From Eledone cirrhosa (taxonomy: Eukaryota): 64,000 bases of DNA. Below the pieces are notes generated by a model. The model saw only the letters and a list, made by a program, of their open reading frames with translations. It was not told the DNA's origin and made no database searches. Positions 50,090 to 63,982 of this stretch are shown here, piece after piece. The DNA is taken from NCBI GenBank assembly GCA_964016885.1, contig OZ024765.1:13702001-13766000 (forward strand), written 5' to 3'. Every line of letters starts with the position of its first letter. The stretch's first letter is position 1. The position numbers and the translations under genes were made by a program.

Positions 50090-52922
50090 TTGGTCCAAAT
50101 GAAACCGGACAGAATTTCCAAGATACCAGAAAGAGTGCCAGTAGACAATACAAATTATATACACATTTACGCCACATTGTTTTAAATGCGCAAGCACATC
50201 GCATTTAAAGGCCTCCTGTCTCCTCTTACGACCCCCCCCCCCCAAAAAAAAAGTACTTTTACCAACACCAACACCAAAACCACAACAACAACAACTTACA
50301 AAACAAGCAAACACACAAAAACAAACAACTGCTCAACCACAAACAACAGAAAAAACACAAACAATTCCCCTGAAAAACACAGTCCCACCCTATCCCACTC
50401 CATCCAACACTACCACAATCACACACACAAACACACCATCACCACACAACATACCCCTCCCATACGCCTCTGATGACGATTCAGGGCCAACTTTTAAACG
50501 ACCTTAGGTCACATGGTATGGATGTGATAGCCATCACCAAGTTCAGGATCCACAACAGGCAGCAACTAACCCCCATCTTCAATGACTGTGAGATCTAAAC
50601 ATCTCTCTGTCAGCCAGAAGGCTGTCATGTTTCGGAAAAACCTGGACCTCAAAATACAGCAAGTACACTTGGACCCGGAGGGTAGACTGGTAGTCCTAGA
50701 CGTGAACAGTCTTGGAGGTGGAGCCTTCAGACTGGTGGCCGTTTATGCCCCGACTGGGAAATCACAGCCAGGCTTCTTTAAACATCTAGAGTCTTTTCTG
50801 AGAATGTCTCGCTCCTTACTTTTAGTGGGGGACTGGAATGGTATCCTAGACGCACGATGGGACTATGTAGGATCATGTCCCAGTAGAGGGGGGTGCAACA
50901 GCCTCAAAAATTTAATCAGCCAATTCCAACTGGCCGATAGGTATCGACTAGATTTCCCGACTGCACCACAGTGGACGTGGCCAAACCGCAGCGGGACATC
51001 TAAATCGTATTTAGACAGGTTCTTTTAGAGAGAGAGACAAGAAGATGTTAAGCTGTCCACAAATGCACATGGTTGCCTATTCAGACCACAAACTAGTCAT
51101 CTGCATAGTCAACCGTGATAGAATACATAGACAAGGACCCGGATACTGGAAGCTGAATGTGGTGCTACCGACACGTAAAGCCTACAGTGAACGGATAAGT
51201 AGATTAGTTAAGCAACAGTTGACGGGAGCCATCGTCAACAACAGATGGTGGAACTCTCTCAAGAGAGCAATTAGAGTAGAGTTGATAGACTTTAGCAGAG
51301 AATTAGCCTTAGAGAAAAACAAAACAGAAACAGAACTAGTAGCCAAGGTAGAGGAGTCACTTAGGAGTGGCAACGCAGCTAGAGTGCTAGCAACGAGAAC
51401 GGCACTGGACCAGTTCTTCGACGCGAAACACGAAGGGTTGCAACTCGGAACATGGAGAGGCAAACCGATGCCGTTCGACAGCGTCGTGAGACGCTGGACG
51501 GACGGACTGGTGAAATTGCTCGGGGTCTGGTTCGGTCCAGACCTCCAGGCAGAGAAAAACTGGAATGAGGTCACGGCCAAGGTATTTGCGCTCACCCAGA
51601 AATGGGCAGAGTGCAAACTATCCTTGAAAGGTCGAGCGGAGGTGGCGAACACTTTCATAGCGTCCGTCATGTACTACCACTTGACCGTAGTGCCTTGTCC
51701 CCGTGAATACCTCACCAAGATGGAACGCATGCTCTTCCAGTTCCTTTGGAAGAAGCAGGCTCCACTGGTGAGGAGATCCGTCTGCTGTCAGCACCCTTCC
51801 AACGGAGGGCTAGGAATGCCGTGGCTGATGATGCGCAAACATGCGCTGAGGCTACATCTACAGGTATTCCTCACCGACCAACCGGTGTGGGCACCGTTTG
51901 TGAGACAGGCCTTCCCGCACTTGTCTCACTGACGGAGCTGCAGTCCTGGGTCAAGCGGAGACCGAAAAAGATGGGCGCCTAGCATATTGAATGCGCTCAG
52001 GTGCTCACAGTCCTCTGTCAAGTGGGCACAGCAATCAGTGGAGACTCCACTTTGACATTCTATAGAGGGTTAGTATGTCACAAGGGCAACGACGTGCTCG
52101 GAGAGATTCTGGGTGTCGAAGATGACGAACTCACCAGTCTGTTTGGTAGGACTTTCCGCCCGGGACCTATGGACAACTTCCAGAGGTCCCTGGCCTGGCA
52201 GTGCTACCGAGGAGCTCTACAAGTTCGAGACAAGATCTACAGGCACGGATGCCCTAGCAGGGATCCTTCCAAGAGGATGTGTCCAAGATGCGAGCAGGAC
52301 ATTGAAACCGTCTTGCACGCAATTGTACACTGCTCGGGCATAACCGACCTGTGGAACTACACGGAACAAGTGCTGTCGCGTATAGGACAAATACAGTTGA
52401 CTGCCAAGTCCATAGTAAGGATCAAACCACCAACTTCTTTCAAAAATGAAAGAGAGGCGGTTTTCCTCTGTATAGTGGCTATGGTGAAAGAGGCTATATG
52501 GTGGACGAGATTGAGAGGACTGAGGACAGATGCCTTTCTCTCCGGACAACAACTCATTCTATTCTTTAGGTACCACTTTAGAAGGAGAATCAGAGTGGAG
52601 AGAGAGGCACTGCACCCCAGTAAATTTACTGAAAGGTGGGTGAATGTAGCAAAAATGGCCCGAGTGATTGGGCCTTCTCTGTATATAAACCTGTAGGTTG
52701 AAGAAGAGAGCAAAAGGAAGAAAGGAGCACTTGCACAACACGCCCCTGAAGTTGAGGGTTATTCTATCGACAGGGTATTAAACAACCCATTTGTGGCGTC
52801 TCCCCCCCTATTGGGGATTTTGATTGTTTCATTTGTTTGTTTCAATATTTTTACACGATTGTTTGTAAAATCCTCGGCATGTGTCTTTGTTTTGCGCCCT
52901 TGTGGCAAATAAAGAAATATAT
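50090..52922 (+). mobile_element. Tx1-clade (L1 group) LINE, defective: ORF1 zinc-knuckle remnant, APE endonuclease, RT domain deleted, C-terminal Zn finger
   Basis: CFKCASTSHLKASC (CCHC, 50178-50219); VYAP, VGDWN, SYLDRF, SDHKLV, GPGYWKLN; LLGVWFG, LSLKGRA, GGLGMP, CPRC..ETVLHAIVHC. No YADD-type motif; several stops and frameshifts. Confidence 0.9.
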
Positions 52923-53287
52923 CTATCTACCTACCTAGCTAACCATTTCTTCATCACTGTTCACTCCTCCTCCTCCTTTCTCTAACCTATACCCACACCT
53001 CAACACCCTTCCATCTTCCATCACCTCTCACTACTCACCCCTTACCTCTCACTTCCCACTTCCCCTATCTCCTATCTCTTACATAACAGTCAGAACAACA
53101 AAACCAGATAGTCTTCAAGACTAATATAAACTCCTCATACTAATATATTCCTACCATTTCCCTTCCAAAGTCTGTGTTCAGATCCATTTGATGTGTAGGA
53201 GGATCATTTTAATGTCTTTTGCTTTTAATGAGAAAATGATTGACCAATAAATTTGACCAATTCCATATAGAATATTTTAAAATGCAG

Positions 53288-54010
<723 letters not shown>

Positions 54011-54139
54011 TATATAAGTGTACACTTATATGTGCATTTATATACATGTCAAATGTGCACTGATTTAATTGCATCGCTGTGTCAGAACACATGTAAAATA
54101 ATAACAACAACAAATCAAAGCCATAGAAAGAAAGAAACC

Positions 54140-54895
54140 GCTACCTCCACCACCACCACCACTAACACCACCACCACTAATACCACCACCACCACCATCG
54201 CCAACACCACCAATACCACCACCACCACTAATACCACCACCACCATCGCCAACACTATCAACACCACCACCACCATCGCCAACACTATCAACACCACCAA
54301 CACCACCACCATCGCCAATACCACCACCATCATTGCCAACACTATCAACACCACCACCACCATCACCAACACTATCAACACCACCACCACCACCACCACC
54401 ACCATCACCAACACTATCAACACCACCACCACGACCATCACCAACACTATCAACACCACCACCACCATCGCCAACACTATCAACACCACCACCACCACCA
54501 TCACCAACACCACCACCATCGCCAACAATATCAACACCACTACCACTAATACCACCACCACCATCGCCAACACTATCAACACCATCACCACCACCACCAT
54601 CACCACCACCATCGCCAACACTATCAACACCACCAACACCACCACCATCACCAATACCGCCACCACCATCGCCAACACTATCAACACCACAACACCACAC
54701 CACCACCACCAACGTTAAGACCTCCAATATTATGACCAACACCAACACCTCCACCACTAACACCAATATCACTAACACCACCACCACCACCAACACCGAC
54801 ACCCCTCCCCACCAGCACCACCAACACCTCTCCCCACCACCACCACCACCAACACCTCCCCACCACCACTACCCTCACCAACACCATCCACCACT
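54140..54895. repeat. (CAC/CAA)n low-complexity tract with accatcgccaacactatcaacacc subunits
   Basis: Simple-repeat derived. Confidence 0.85.
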
Positions 54896-55165
54896 GTTGA
54901 CATTGTTGTCATACAAATTATTCTATGATGGAGAATAATTATGAAAATGGAAACTAAAAAAGCAAATAGTAGTGAAGCTATTAAATCTAGAATAGTGTTG
55001 TTGTTGTTGTTGTAACTATTAGATATAGTGTTGTTGTTGTTGTTGTTGTAGATGTAACTATTAGATATAGTGTTGTTGTTGTTGTAGCTGGTCATACACA
55101 GTTTGGACATTACAGATCAAACAGAGCTGCAGTTTAAGAGCTGAAAATTCTGGTTTCTTATTGAG

Positions 55166-55200
<35 letters not shown>

Positions 55201-55215
55201 ACATATACATATGTA

Positions 55216-56124
55216 ATCATCACCATCATCATCATCATCGTTTAATGTCTATCTTCCATGTTAGCATGGATTAGACAGGAATTGTCCCACTTGAGGCAAG
55301 ATTGGTCGGGTGACCGTGTCTCGTTCGTATAGGACTATTTGGCAGGTTTTCTACAGCTGGATGCCCTTCCTAACACCAACCACATTCACAGTGTGGACTG
55401 GGAGCCTTTTTACCGTGTCTCCTACACAGCCACTTTACAGCGTGGACTGTGTGTTTTTTGTTGTGACACCTACACGACCTCATTACAACGTGGACTGGGT
55501 GCTTTTTGTCATGACACCTACATGACCACTTTACAGTATGGACTGGGGGCTTTTTGTTGTGACACCTACACGATCTCATTACAGCGTGGACTGGGTGGTT
55601 TTTGTCGTGACACCTACATGACCACTTTATAGTGTGGACTGGGGGCTTTTTGTTGTGACACCTACATGACCACTTTACAGTGTCGACTGGGTGCTTTTTG
55701 TTGTGACACCTACATGACCACTTTACAGCGTGGACTGGGGGCTTTTTGTTGTGACACCTACATGACCACTTTACAGTGTGGACTGTGTGCTTTTTGTTGT
55801 GACACCTACATGACCACTTTACAGTGTGGACTGGGTGCTTTTTGTCGTGTCTCCTACATGACCACTTTACAGTGTGGACTGGGTGCTTTTTGTTGTGACA
55901 CCTACATGACCACTTTACAGTGTGGATTGGGTGCTTTTTGTCGTGTCTCCTACATGACCACTTTAGTGTGGACTGGATGTTCTGTGGTACCAAAATAACT
56001 TTAAAGAGTAAGGGTGGTGTGGGTGGAAGCGGGAGGATGGAGTAGGGGTAATGGGTCGGGGTGTATATTTGGTTAAGAGGTACCTACTGACTGTAGGTTT
56101 AACTCTTTGTAGGTAAGGGAAGGC

Positions 56125-56125
<1 letters not shown>
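55216..56125 (-). mobile_element. RTE-LINE 3'UTR copy with ~12 copies of the 48-bp unit (55390-55970)
   Basis: (cat)n tail, RTE 3'UTR ends on both sides, internal gtggactgggtgctttttgttgtgacacctacatgaccactttacagt array. Confidence 0.9.
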
Positions 56126-56169
<44 letters not shown>

Positions 56170-56329
56170 TACATATGTGTTATATATATATCAGGATAGA
56201 ACCAGTTTAAAACTAGTTAGACCATTACTCAACAGAGTACTCGATACTTGGAATAGTAGAGTATGGTTATATTATAAAGAGTCGGGACCCGGTGGCTAAG
56301 CTCTTGCCACCTCAACAGCTAGTTCTTAC

Positions 56330-56580
56330 ATCTGCTATTCCATTCTTGAATGGGTTGGACAGGTCTTTGCCAACACAGACTCACTTTGCTTGTTGTAGCC
56401 ATTTATCATCTCCTCTGTGAATTCCAATGATTTTAGATCAGCTCTCACCACCTCTACCAATGTCTTCCTTGGCTTTCCTCTACCACAGCTTCCTTCCACT
56501 TAGATTTTTTGACACCTCTTCACCCATCAATTGTCATCCATGCCCATTACATGTTTATACCAGTGCAGTCTTCTCTCCTT
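56330..56580 (-). mobile_element. Degenerate RTE LINE 3' fragment
   Basis: Minus strand RRLHWYKHVMGMDDN..EGSCGRGKPRKTL. Confidence 0.65.
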
Positions 56581-56619
56581 TTATGTTCAAATTTTCTCTA
56601 TAAAGACCCTATCATCTGG

Positions 56620-57092
56620 AGTCAACTGTTTTAGTCTAAAATATGATCCTAGATCAAATTATATGTAAAGATTTTACAAGATTACCAGTTTAGTCTCAAA
56701 ATTTGATCGCAGATCAATGTATCTGCATTGATTGTACCACAAGATTCCCAGTTTAGTCTAAACACTTGATTCCAGATCAAAATATCTGTAATAATTGTAC
56801 AAGATTACCAGTTTAGTCTGAACACTTGATCCCAGATTAAAATATATGTATGATTATACAAGGTTACCAGTTTAGTCTGAACACTTGATCCCTGATCAAC
56901 ATAGCAGTATTGATTGTACCACAAGGTTACCAGTTTAGTCTAAACACTTGATTCCAGATCAAAATATCTGTAATAATTGTACAAGATTACCAGTTTAGTC
57001 TGAACACTTGATCCCAGATCAAAATATATGTAATGATTGTACCACAAGATTACCAGTTTAGTCCCAATACATGATCCCAGATCAAAACATCT
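56620..57092. repeat. ~58-63 bp minisatellite (~8 copies)
   Basis: agattaccagtttagtct.aacacttgat.ccagatcaa recurs. Confidence 0.85.
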
Positions 57093-57142
57093 GTCACACA
57101 ACTAAACCAAGAGTAAAACAAAGAGACTTATGTAAAAGGAAT

Positions 57143-57148
57143 TTTATT
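57143..57148 (-). terminator. Polyadenylation signal AATAAA of the VWF/mucin-like gene
   Basis: ~145 nt downstream of the predicted stop, within AT-rich unique sequence. Confidence 0.5.
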
Positions 57149-57291
57149 GAAGGAGTAATTGGTCTTTTCTTTTTTATAGTAATTATTCATAATTATTTAC
57201 AATCAATTGAATTAAATTAAATGAGGTAAATTATTAGGCTTCAAATTAATTACGGTTTTGATCCATTTCCGGATATTTGGATTAAGAATAT

Positions 57292-57296
57292 TCACA
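57292..57296 (-). CDS. Predicted terminal exon coding part (..L-stop) of the VWF/mucin-like gene; 3'UTR to ~57125
   Basis: Strong acceptor tattttctgttttgttttcag|TGTGA. Joined to the phase-1 end of the CTCK exon it gives T|TG TGA, so the protein ends ...CECQKCSAL*. Confidence 0.55.
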
Positions 57297-57769
57297 CTGA
57301 AAACAAAACAGAAAATACGTACATAAATATAAATTTTTAAAACGGTCAGAATATTGGTTTCTGATTTAGGCACAAGGCCTGCAATTTTGGGGGAAGAGAA
57401 AGTTGAGTAAATTGACCCCGGGGCATTACTGGTACTATATTTTATCAACCACAAAAGGATAAAAGGCAAAGCGAAGAATCACTCTCACTGTCTGCATAAG
57501 GGCAAACTTGTTGAAATTCTTGCTCACTCTTATCCATAGAATAAATATCACCAATAATTTCCTCAACTATCAAGAGTCTAGACCTGGCTAGTTTATCAGA
57601 AGTGCTGGGTTTGTACCACATTTATTTCTCTCTCATCCATTGAATAAATATCAATGATTTCCTCAAATATAAAGAGTCTAGGGCTGCTCATTTTCCAGAC
57701 GAAGTGTTGGATTTGTCACATACTGGTCTCATCACAAACGATCCCCCATTTTTTTAAATCAAAACCAAA

Positions 57770-58299
57770 ATTATATATACTATTATATTTTCGCAGTAAA
57801 GGCTTTACCTCACATAATATTGAATCTATGAGATTTTAATATTAGTTATTTTGAGAGCAATACCTTAACATTACTATGAGTGGCCAGTTACGGCTTGTTT
57901 AAACTGAAAGAGGTGAGAGAATTCTGGCCGGTTATGGCCGGTTTAAATGCTAATAGCAGACTCCATTAAATATGAATCCTAAACACATCTAACTACAAAG
58001 CTACAATGTGATCTGTTGTCTATTTTTAGTATTTTACCTCCATTTTCTACGTCTGATATTCATTACTGCTTTAACCCCTTAGCATTTAAACCGGCCATAT
58101 GCGGCCACAATTCTCTCACCTCTTTCTGTTCAAACTGGCTGTAACTGGCCACTCCTACCAACATTAAAGTACTGTTTTCAAAATAAATAACATCAAAATC
58201 TCATAGATTCAATATTATGTGAGATAATTATGTAAAGTAAAGTCTTTACCACAAAAATACAATAGTATATATAGAGTAATGTAAATGGTAAAGGGTTAA
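57770..58299. mobile_element. piggyBac-type MITEs: partial (-) copy 57770-57953 and complete (+) copy 58071-58299
   Basis: TTAA-CCCCTTAGCATTTA...TAAATGGTAAAGGG-TTAA; a single copy of the 72-bp unit. Confidence 0.85.
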
Positions 58300-58419
58300 C
58301 AGAAATCTGGCCCAGATTATGTTGAAGTTATTCCCACTATAGCAGGAACATGGTGTGACAGGGTTATGTCTCATATTAATTAGTTTTATCTAACTACATG
58401 TTGGTATGTATCTACTTTC

Positions 58420-58820
58420 TCCCTGTGTATATCTGGTTTAGAATAGGTACACCATATTCCTGTGTATCTGGTTTACAATAGGTACACTGTATCCGTGTAT
58501 ATCTAGTTTACAATAGGTACACTGTATCCCTGTGTATATCTAGTTTACAATAGGTACACTGTATCCCTGTGTATATCTGGTTTATAATAGGTACACCATA
58601 TCCCTGTGTATCTGGTTTACAATAGGTACACTGTATCCCTGTGTATATCTAGTTTACAATAGGTACACTGTATCCCCGTGTATATCTAGTTTACAATAGG
58701 TACACTGTATCCCTGTGTATATCTAGTTTACAATAGGTACACTGTATCCCTGTGTATCTGGTATACAATAGGTACACTGTATCCCTGTGTATATCTGGTA
58801 TACAATAGATACACTATTTC
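58420..58820. repeat. 35-37 bp minisatellite (~11 copies)
   Basis: tccctgtgtatatctagtttacaataggtacactgta. Confidence 0.9.
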
Positions 58821-58904
58821 CTTTTTTTACTATGTAATTTTAACATTATAAAGCTAGTGTCTGGAACATAACTTAACAAAGGTTCCTACATAAAATTATG
58901 AAAT

Positions 58905-59270
58905 GAATCGGGTATGGATGTGCAATGTTAATGTGCATGAATCATGAAGCATGGATGAACTGAAAGAAAAACTGGGTATAAGTGGAATCAAGTGTTATGC
59001 ACATGAGAGAAGACTGCACTGGTGTTGACATGTGATGTGCATGGATGATGATCGCTGGGTGAAGATGTGCCAAGAAATCCCAGTTGAAGGAAGTCGCAAT
59101 AGAGGAAGATCAAGGAAGCCCTGGGCAGATGTGGTGAAAGCTGATCACAAATTGCTGAAGCTCATAGAGGTGATGACGAAGGAAATTGAAAAGAGGAGTG
59201 ATGCTACGCTGAAAAAGACACATCCAACCCATGCCAGGATGGTAGAATGGATGTAAATTGATGATGATGA
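58905..59270 (+). mobile_element. Degenerate RTE LINE 3' end
   Basis: WMCNVNVHE..ERRLHWC*HVMCMDDDRWVK..EGSRNRGRSRKPW, then (gat)n. Confidence 0.8.
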
Positions 59271-59277
59271 CGATAAT

Positions 59278-59740
59278 GGTTTCTGATTTAGTCCGAAAGC
59301 CAACATTTTTGGGAGAAGGGATAGTTGATTACTGGTACTTTATTTTTTTAAGCCAAAAGGATGAAAGGCAAAGCTAACTTCAGCAGGATTTGAACACAGA
59401 ATGTAAAACAATGATGATAAAAAGGATTTAGGCACAAGGCCAACATTTTGGGAAGTGGAAAGTCAATTAAATTGACCCCAGTGCATTACTAGTACTTTAT
59501 TTTTTTTAGCTCAAAAGGATGAAAGACAAAGTTAACCTCGGCGGGATTTGAACACAAAATGTAAAATGATGATAATAGTTTTTGATTTAGGCACAAGGCC
59601 AACATTTTTGGAGAGAACGTCAATTAAACCAACACCAGTGTGTTACTGGTACTTTATTTTATCGAACCTGAAAGAACAAATAGCCAAGCTAACCTTGGCA
59701 GGATTTGAACTCAGAACATAAATGGCCATAACTAAATAGT
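59278..59740 (-). mobile_element. Three truncated family A SINEs in tandem
   Basis: Repeated ttaggcacaaggccaac..tggtactttatttt..aagctaacct..ggatttgaac. Confidence 0.75.
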
Positions 59741-59774
59741 GCAATGATAATGATGATGGCGTGAAGATGATGAA

Positions 59775-59809
<35 letters not shown>

Positions 59810-59889
59810 GTATACAAATTAAGGTCAGTTTAAAGCTTTTTTTTTTTCAAACTTTTCCCCTTGATGACACACTTTAAAAAATATAAACA

Positions 59890-60500
59890 TATTTCTCAAA
59901 ATATAATTTTTTGTAATACATAAATGAATTTTGTTAGGAAATCAAAATTTCTCAAAATATAATTTTTTGTAATATATAAATTAATTTTGTTAAATAAATA
60001 AATTTCTCAAAACATAATTTTTTTGTAATACATAAATTAATTTTGTTAGATAAATAAATTTCTCAAAATATAATTTTTTTGTAATACATAAATTAATTTT
60101 GTTAGATAAATAAATTTCTCAAAATATAATTTTTTTGTAATACATAAATTAATTTTGTTAGATAAATAAATTTCTCAAAATATAATTTTTTTGTAATACA
60201 TAAATTAATTTTGTTAGATAAATAAATTTCTCAAAATATAATTTTTTGTAATACATAAATTACTGTATTCCCCGACGTCGAAGACGCTAATTTTTTCATA
60301 AAATAAGTCTCAAAAATCTACCATGCATCCTGGATGCCACAGGCTGTTTATTATTCTTTTTCAAATTTTTGGTTGTCAAAATTAGGGTGCGTCCTCAAGG
60401 ACGAAGCATCTTTGGCGCCGGGTAATACAGTAATTTTGTTAGAAAATCAAAATTTCTTGAAATATAATTTTTTGTAATACATAAATTAATTTTGTTAGAG
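59890..60500. repeat. ~56-bp AT-rich minisatellite interrupted by a MITE
   Basis: atttctcaaaatataatttttttgtaatacataaattaattttgttagataaataa, ~8 copies. Confidence 0.9.
60263..60430. mobile_element. Tc1/mariner-superfamily MITE (168 bp) with TA target duplication
   Basis: TA|CTGTATTCCCCG...CGGGTAATACAG|TA; neighbouring uninterrupted units show the empty site aaatTAattttg. Confidence 0.85.
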
Positions 60501-60609
60501 GAAACAAAATTAACCAAATTAGTAAATATATATAATATAAATATATTAATTAATTTGAAATGTGTGTCTGCATGTCAATGACCAAAATAATAGTTGATCA
60601 TGATAAATA

Positions 60610-60772
60610 AAAGTCGAGCATATCAGGTAATGTAATCCACACATCCATTGGACCATTCTCATTTCTGTTCTTTCCAGCTTTTCTTACATTTTCACTAACA
60701 CTCTCCTCCCTCTTAGTCCCTGGAACTTCTTCCTTACTCTAGCTACTCTTGTCTCGCTCCCATATATAGTAT

Positions 60773-60814
<42 letters not shown>

Positions 60815-60930
60815 ACAACTTTACCTTCGGTTTCAGTGACACTCCCATCCTCAGTAGCACACTTCTCAATTTCCAGAAATACTTCCATGCATATCTTACT
60901 CTAGATACAGTCGCTGAGTCTGATACACGT
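60610..60930 (-). mobile_element. Highly decayed RTE fragment split by (CA)n
   Basis: SRVRYAWKYFWKL..SLKPKVKL...IYGSET. Confidence 0.6.
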
Positions 60931-61296
60931 ATGTGTATTTGCATGAATGTATGTCGGTTAGTGTGTCTGGGTTTGCACATTTATATTTATATAAAGCACC
61001 CAGTCCACACTGTAAATGTGGTTGGTGTTAGGAAGGGTTTCTAGGCGTAGAAAACCAGCCAGAAACAGTCCTATATGAGCGAGACACGGTCACCTGACTC
61101 AACTTGTCTCTAAATGGGACAAACCTGTCCAACCCATGCTAGCGTGGAAGATAGATGTTAAATGATAATGATGATGATGATGATACTCATACATATAAAT
61201 GTATGCATATGCACACACACACACATATACACATACGCGTCAGCGTGTTGAAAAAAATCCAAGTAAAAAATATTTTAAACTGTATTTTGTACTTAC

Positions 61297-61587
61297 ACGC
61301 TGAACATTTCTGACATTCACAGCTCAACATATTAACATAGAACCCAGTTTGTTGAGTTTTAGTTGAGCTGCAGTTCATCTGGAGAGTGATTGGTTCAGAC
61401 GGCTTTCCTTGACAACAAGTGCAGTTTTGTTGACTTCCAATGCCGTTTTTTATGTTCATTAATATTGGGACTTGTGAACTGGCTTCACAGCTACCTTCAC
61501 AGTAATGGAACAGGACCTCCTCCACAGATTTACAGCCAGACAGAGAATTGAACAAGAAGTCTCTTCTAGACTTTAGAGAACAAGGCA
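61297..61587 (-). CDS. Exon encoding a C-terminal cystine-knot (CTCK) domain of a VWF/gel-forming-mucin-like secreted protein
   Basis: ttttaaattccag| acceptor and |gtaagt donor, 291 nt, phase 1-1. PCSLKS..GCKS..YCEGSC..NCTCCQ..NCS..SCECQKC has 11 Cys with CxGxC and CxC, as in VWF/mucin CK domains. Confidence 0.9.
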
Positions 61588-61679
61588 CTGGAATTTAAAA
61601 TGGTGGACAACAATATTATAAAGAGAAATAACTCTTTTACTTTAAAAAACAACAACAATTTATTGCAATTTATTTCATA

Positions 61680-61850
61680 TACAGCGGAACCTCGATTAAT
61701 GAACTTAATCTTTAGCGTGCTCGTAACTTTTTATGAGCTCTTTCCCTTGACACAGCATTTTCTATTAAAGGGAGATTAATCTATGGTGCTTTATGTACCT
61801 GACAGTGGGTTAAAAGTTAATTTATTCACCCGAAATGTTTTTCCCATACA
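61680..61850. mobile_element. Possible Tigger/pogo-like MITE fragment
   Basis: Begins TA-CAGCGGAACCTCG; the other end is not identified. Confidence 0.35.
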
Positions 61851-61873
61851 AAATGTTGAGAGAGAAATATAGT

Positions 61874-61913
<40 letters not shown>

Positions 61914-62342
61914 ATGTGAAACATAGATAGATATCATCATAGTAACTAACTACACAGCAAGTGACACTTTCTGGTCAATACTTCCAGTTTGTCGCCAACC
62001 GTTGTTGCAAGCTTGCGTGTTCGTTATTCAAGAGTCATTGAGGAAGATACAGAACACTTGGATATCTTTTCAGAACTCTCAATTTCCTTATAGCTTTTTG
62101 CTTATATCACATATATATATATAATAATAATAACAATAAACAAAAGATAGTAACATTAGATCAACTCTATTTATTTTATTATATATATTTTGAAGATGCA
62201 AGGCCTATGTATAACATAATCCAAAACATGTTCTCGTCAGATAAAATGCATAGGAGATGCAGTTTTCTTTTGATATACTGGTGGTCAGCCGATTATAAAC
62301 CAACTGACTCTTTTTCATTGAACAATATATATATATATATAT

Positions 62343-62721
62343 GTGGTTAGAGCATTGGGCTTGCAATCAAAAGGTTGTGAGTTCAATTCTCAGACCGGGT
62401 GATGTGTTGTTTCCTTGAGCAAGACACTTTATTTCACATTGCTCCAGTTTACTCAGCTGTAGAAATGAGATGATAGGACTGGGGTCCCTATCATTCCACT
62501 GCAAAGTGGTCGTGGAGGTGCCACGTCAAAAAAAACAAAAAACACCCAGCCCACACTGTAAAGTGGACGTGTAGGCGCCACGGAAAAACAGCACCCAGCA
62601 CTCACTGTAAATGAGGTTGGTGTTAGGAAGGGCATCCAGCTGTAAAAATCAAGCCAGAATCAGTTCCCGTCCCACTCTTGCAAGCAGGGAAAAGTGGACG
62701 TAAAATGATGATGATGATGAT
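62343..62721 (+). mobile_element. tRNA-derived SINE, family B (one extra ~48-bp subrepeat)
   Basis: Matches 47385-47712, plus an additional aaagtggacgtgtaggcgccacg unit as in the LINE 3'UTR at 41940-41960. Confidence 0.9.
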
Positions 62722-62775
62722 ATGTAGCCATACCATCTGAATCAGGCGTCTTCAACATGAGAGGCAACAAACCTA

Positions 62776-62905
62776 CTATGGGGTCCCACTATGGGGTCCC
62801 ACTATGGGGTCCCACTACGGGGTCCCACTATGGGGTCCCACTATGGGGTCCCACTATGGGGTCCCACTATGGGGTCCCACTATGGGGTCCCACTATGGGG
62901 TCTCA
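62776..62905. repeat. 13-bp tandem repeat (ctatggggtccca)x~10, intronic
   Basis: Direct reading; lies ~65 nt from the donor at 62968. Confidence 0.95.
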
Positions 62906-62968
62906 CTAATGTGAAATGCAAATTCAGAAAGAAAATCAAGACAAATCTTTGATGTGTTCTATACTTAC

Positions 62969-63029
62969 ATTTTCTTTTGACACATCTTGGACAACATTGG
63001 TTGGGTACATCATAGGAGAGTTCTTCATC
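62969..63029 (-). CDS. Internal exon, end of a VWC-like domain (DEELSYDVPNQCCPRCVKRK)
   Basis: aacttttcag| acceptor and |gtaagt donor, 61 nt, phase 0-1. Contains the CCPxC motif and is in phase with the CTCK exon. Confidence 0.85.
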
Positions 63030-63299
63030 CTGAAAAGTTAACATCACAGATAGATAGATAGTTAGGTAGATAGATAGATAGATAGATAGCAACTAGTCTA
63101 ACTTGTAAAGTGATCATGCTGATAACACGATGAAAAAGTACCCAGTCCACCCTGTAAATGTTGTTGGTATTAGGAAGGGCATCTGGCTGTAAGAACCAAA
63201 CCATAAACAGTTCTGTATGGGTAAGACATGGTCTCTGATCTGACTTGTCTCACAATGAGACAACTCGTCTAACCCATGCTAGCATTGAAAATGGTGATG

Positions 63300-63331
<32 letters not shown>

Positions 63332-63594
63332 TTTGTGTGAATGTATGTGTACGTGTGTTTGTGTGAACGTATATGTGTTTTGGTTTGACTGTATGTGTGT
63401 TTTTGTGTGAATGTATGTGTGTTTTTGTGTGAATGTATGTGTTTGTGTGAATGTGTGTTTTCTGTGTGAGTGTATGTGTATGCTTGTGAATGTATGTCTG
63501 TTAGTGTGTATTTTTGTAAGTGTGTCTGTGTTTGCACGTTTATATTTATACACTCGCACGTTTATACTTATACACTCATACCATATAAATGTAT

Positions 63595-63835
63595 TTGAGG
63601 GATCTGCGTGATGTGGACATGGATGTTTTCAGGAAACATCTTGACACCTTGCTATCCAGGATCCTAGATGAGCCCACAGCACGGTAGGAAGGTAACCTAA
63701 GGACAGCAGCAACGGACTCCCTCTTGCACCAATGGCCAGTCAACAAAGGGTGGAGATAGAATGTGTAGCAACAAGGGCGGTGCTCCTGCATGGCCACAAC
63801 CAGATGGCTGGAACAGGTAGAAGAGTAAAAGAGTA
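63595..63835 (+). mobile_element. CR1/L2-like LINE 3' end; an inverted partial copy of its tail lies at 63891-63953
   Basis: LRDLRDVDMDVFRKHLDTLLSRILDEP, then a UTR ending in (aagagta)n. Confidence 0.6.
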
Positions 63836-63982
63836 TACACGCACACGTACATAAACATATGCGTCAGCAGGTTGAGAAAAATCCTAGTTTACTCTTTTAC
63901 TCTTTTACCAGTTCCCGTCATCCGGCTGAGGCCATGCTGGGGCACTGCCCTTGCTTTTTTACATCTAAAAATTATAACATAC

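Noticed and set aside
61951-62100. Additional minus-strand exon between the VWC and CTCK exons (gttagt donor-like site)
   Set aside because: Stops in all three frames across the segment and no good acceptor; the flanking exons already join in phase.
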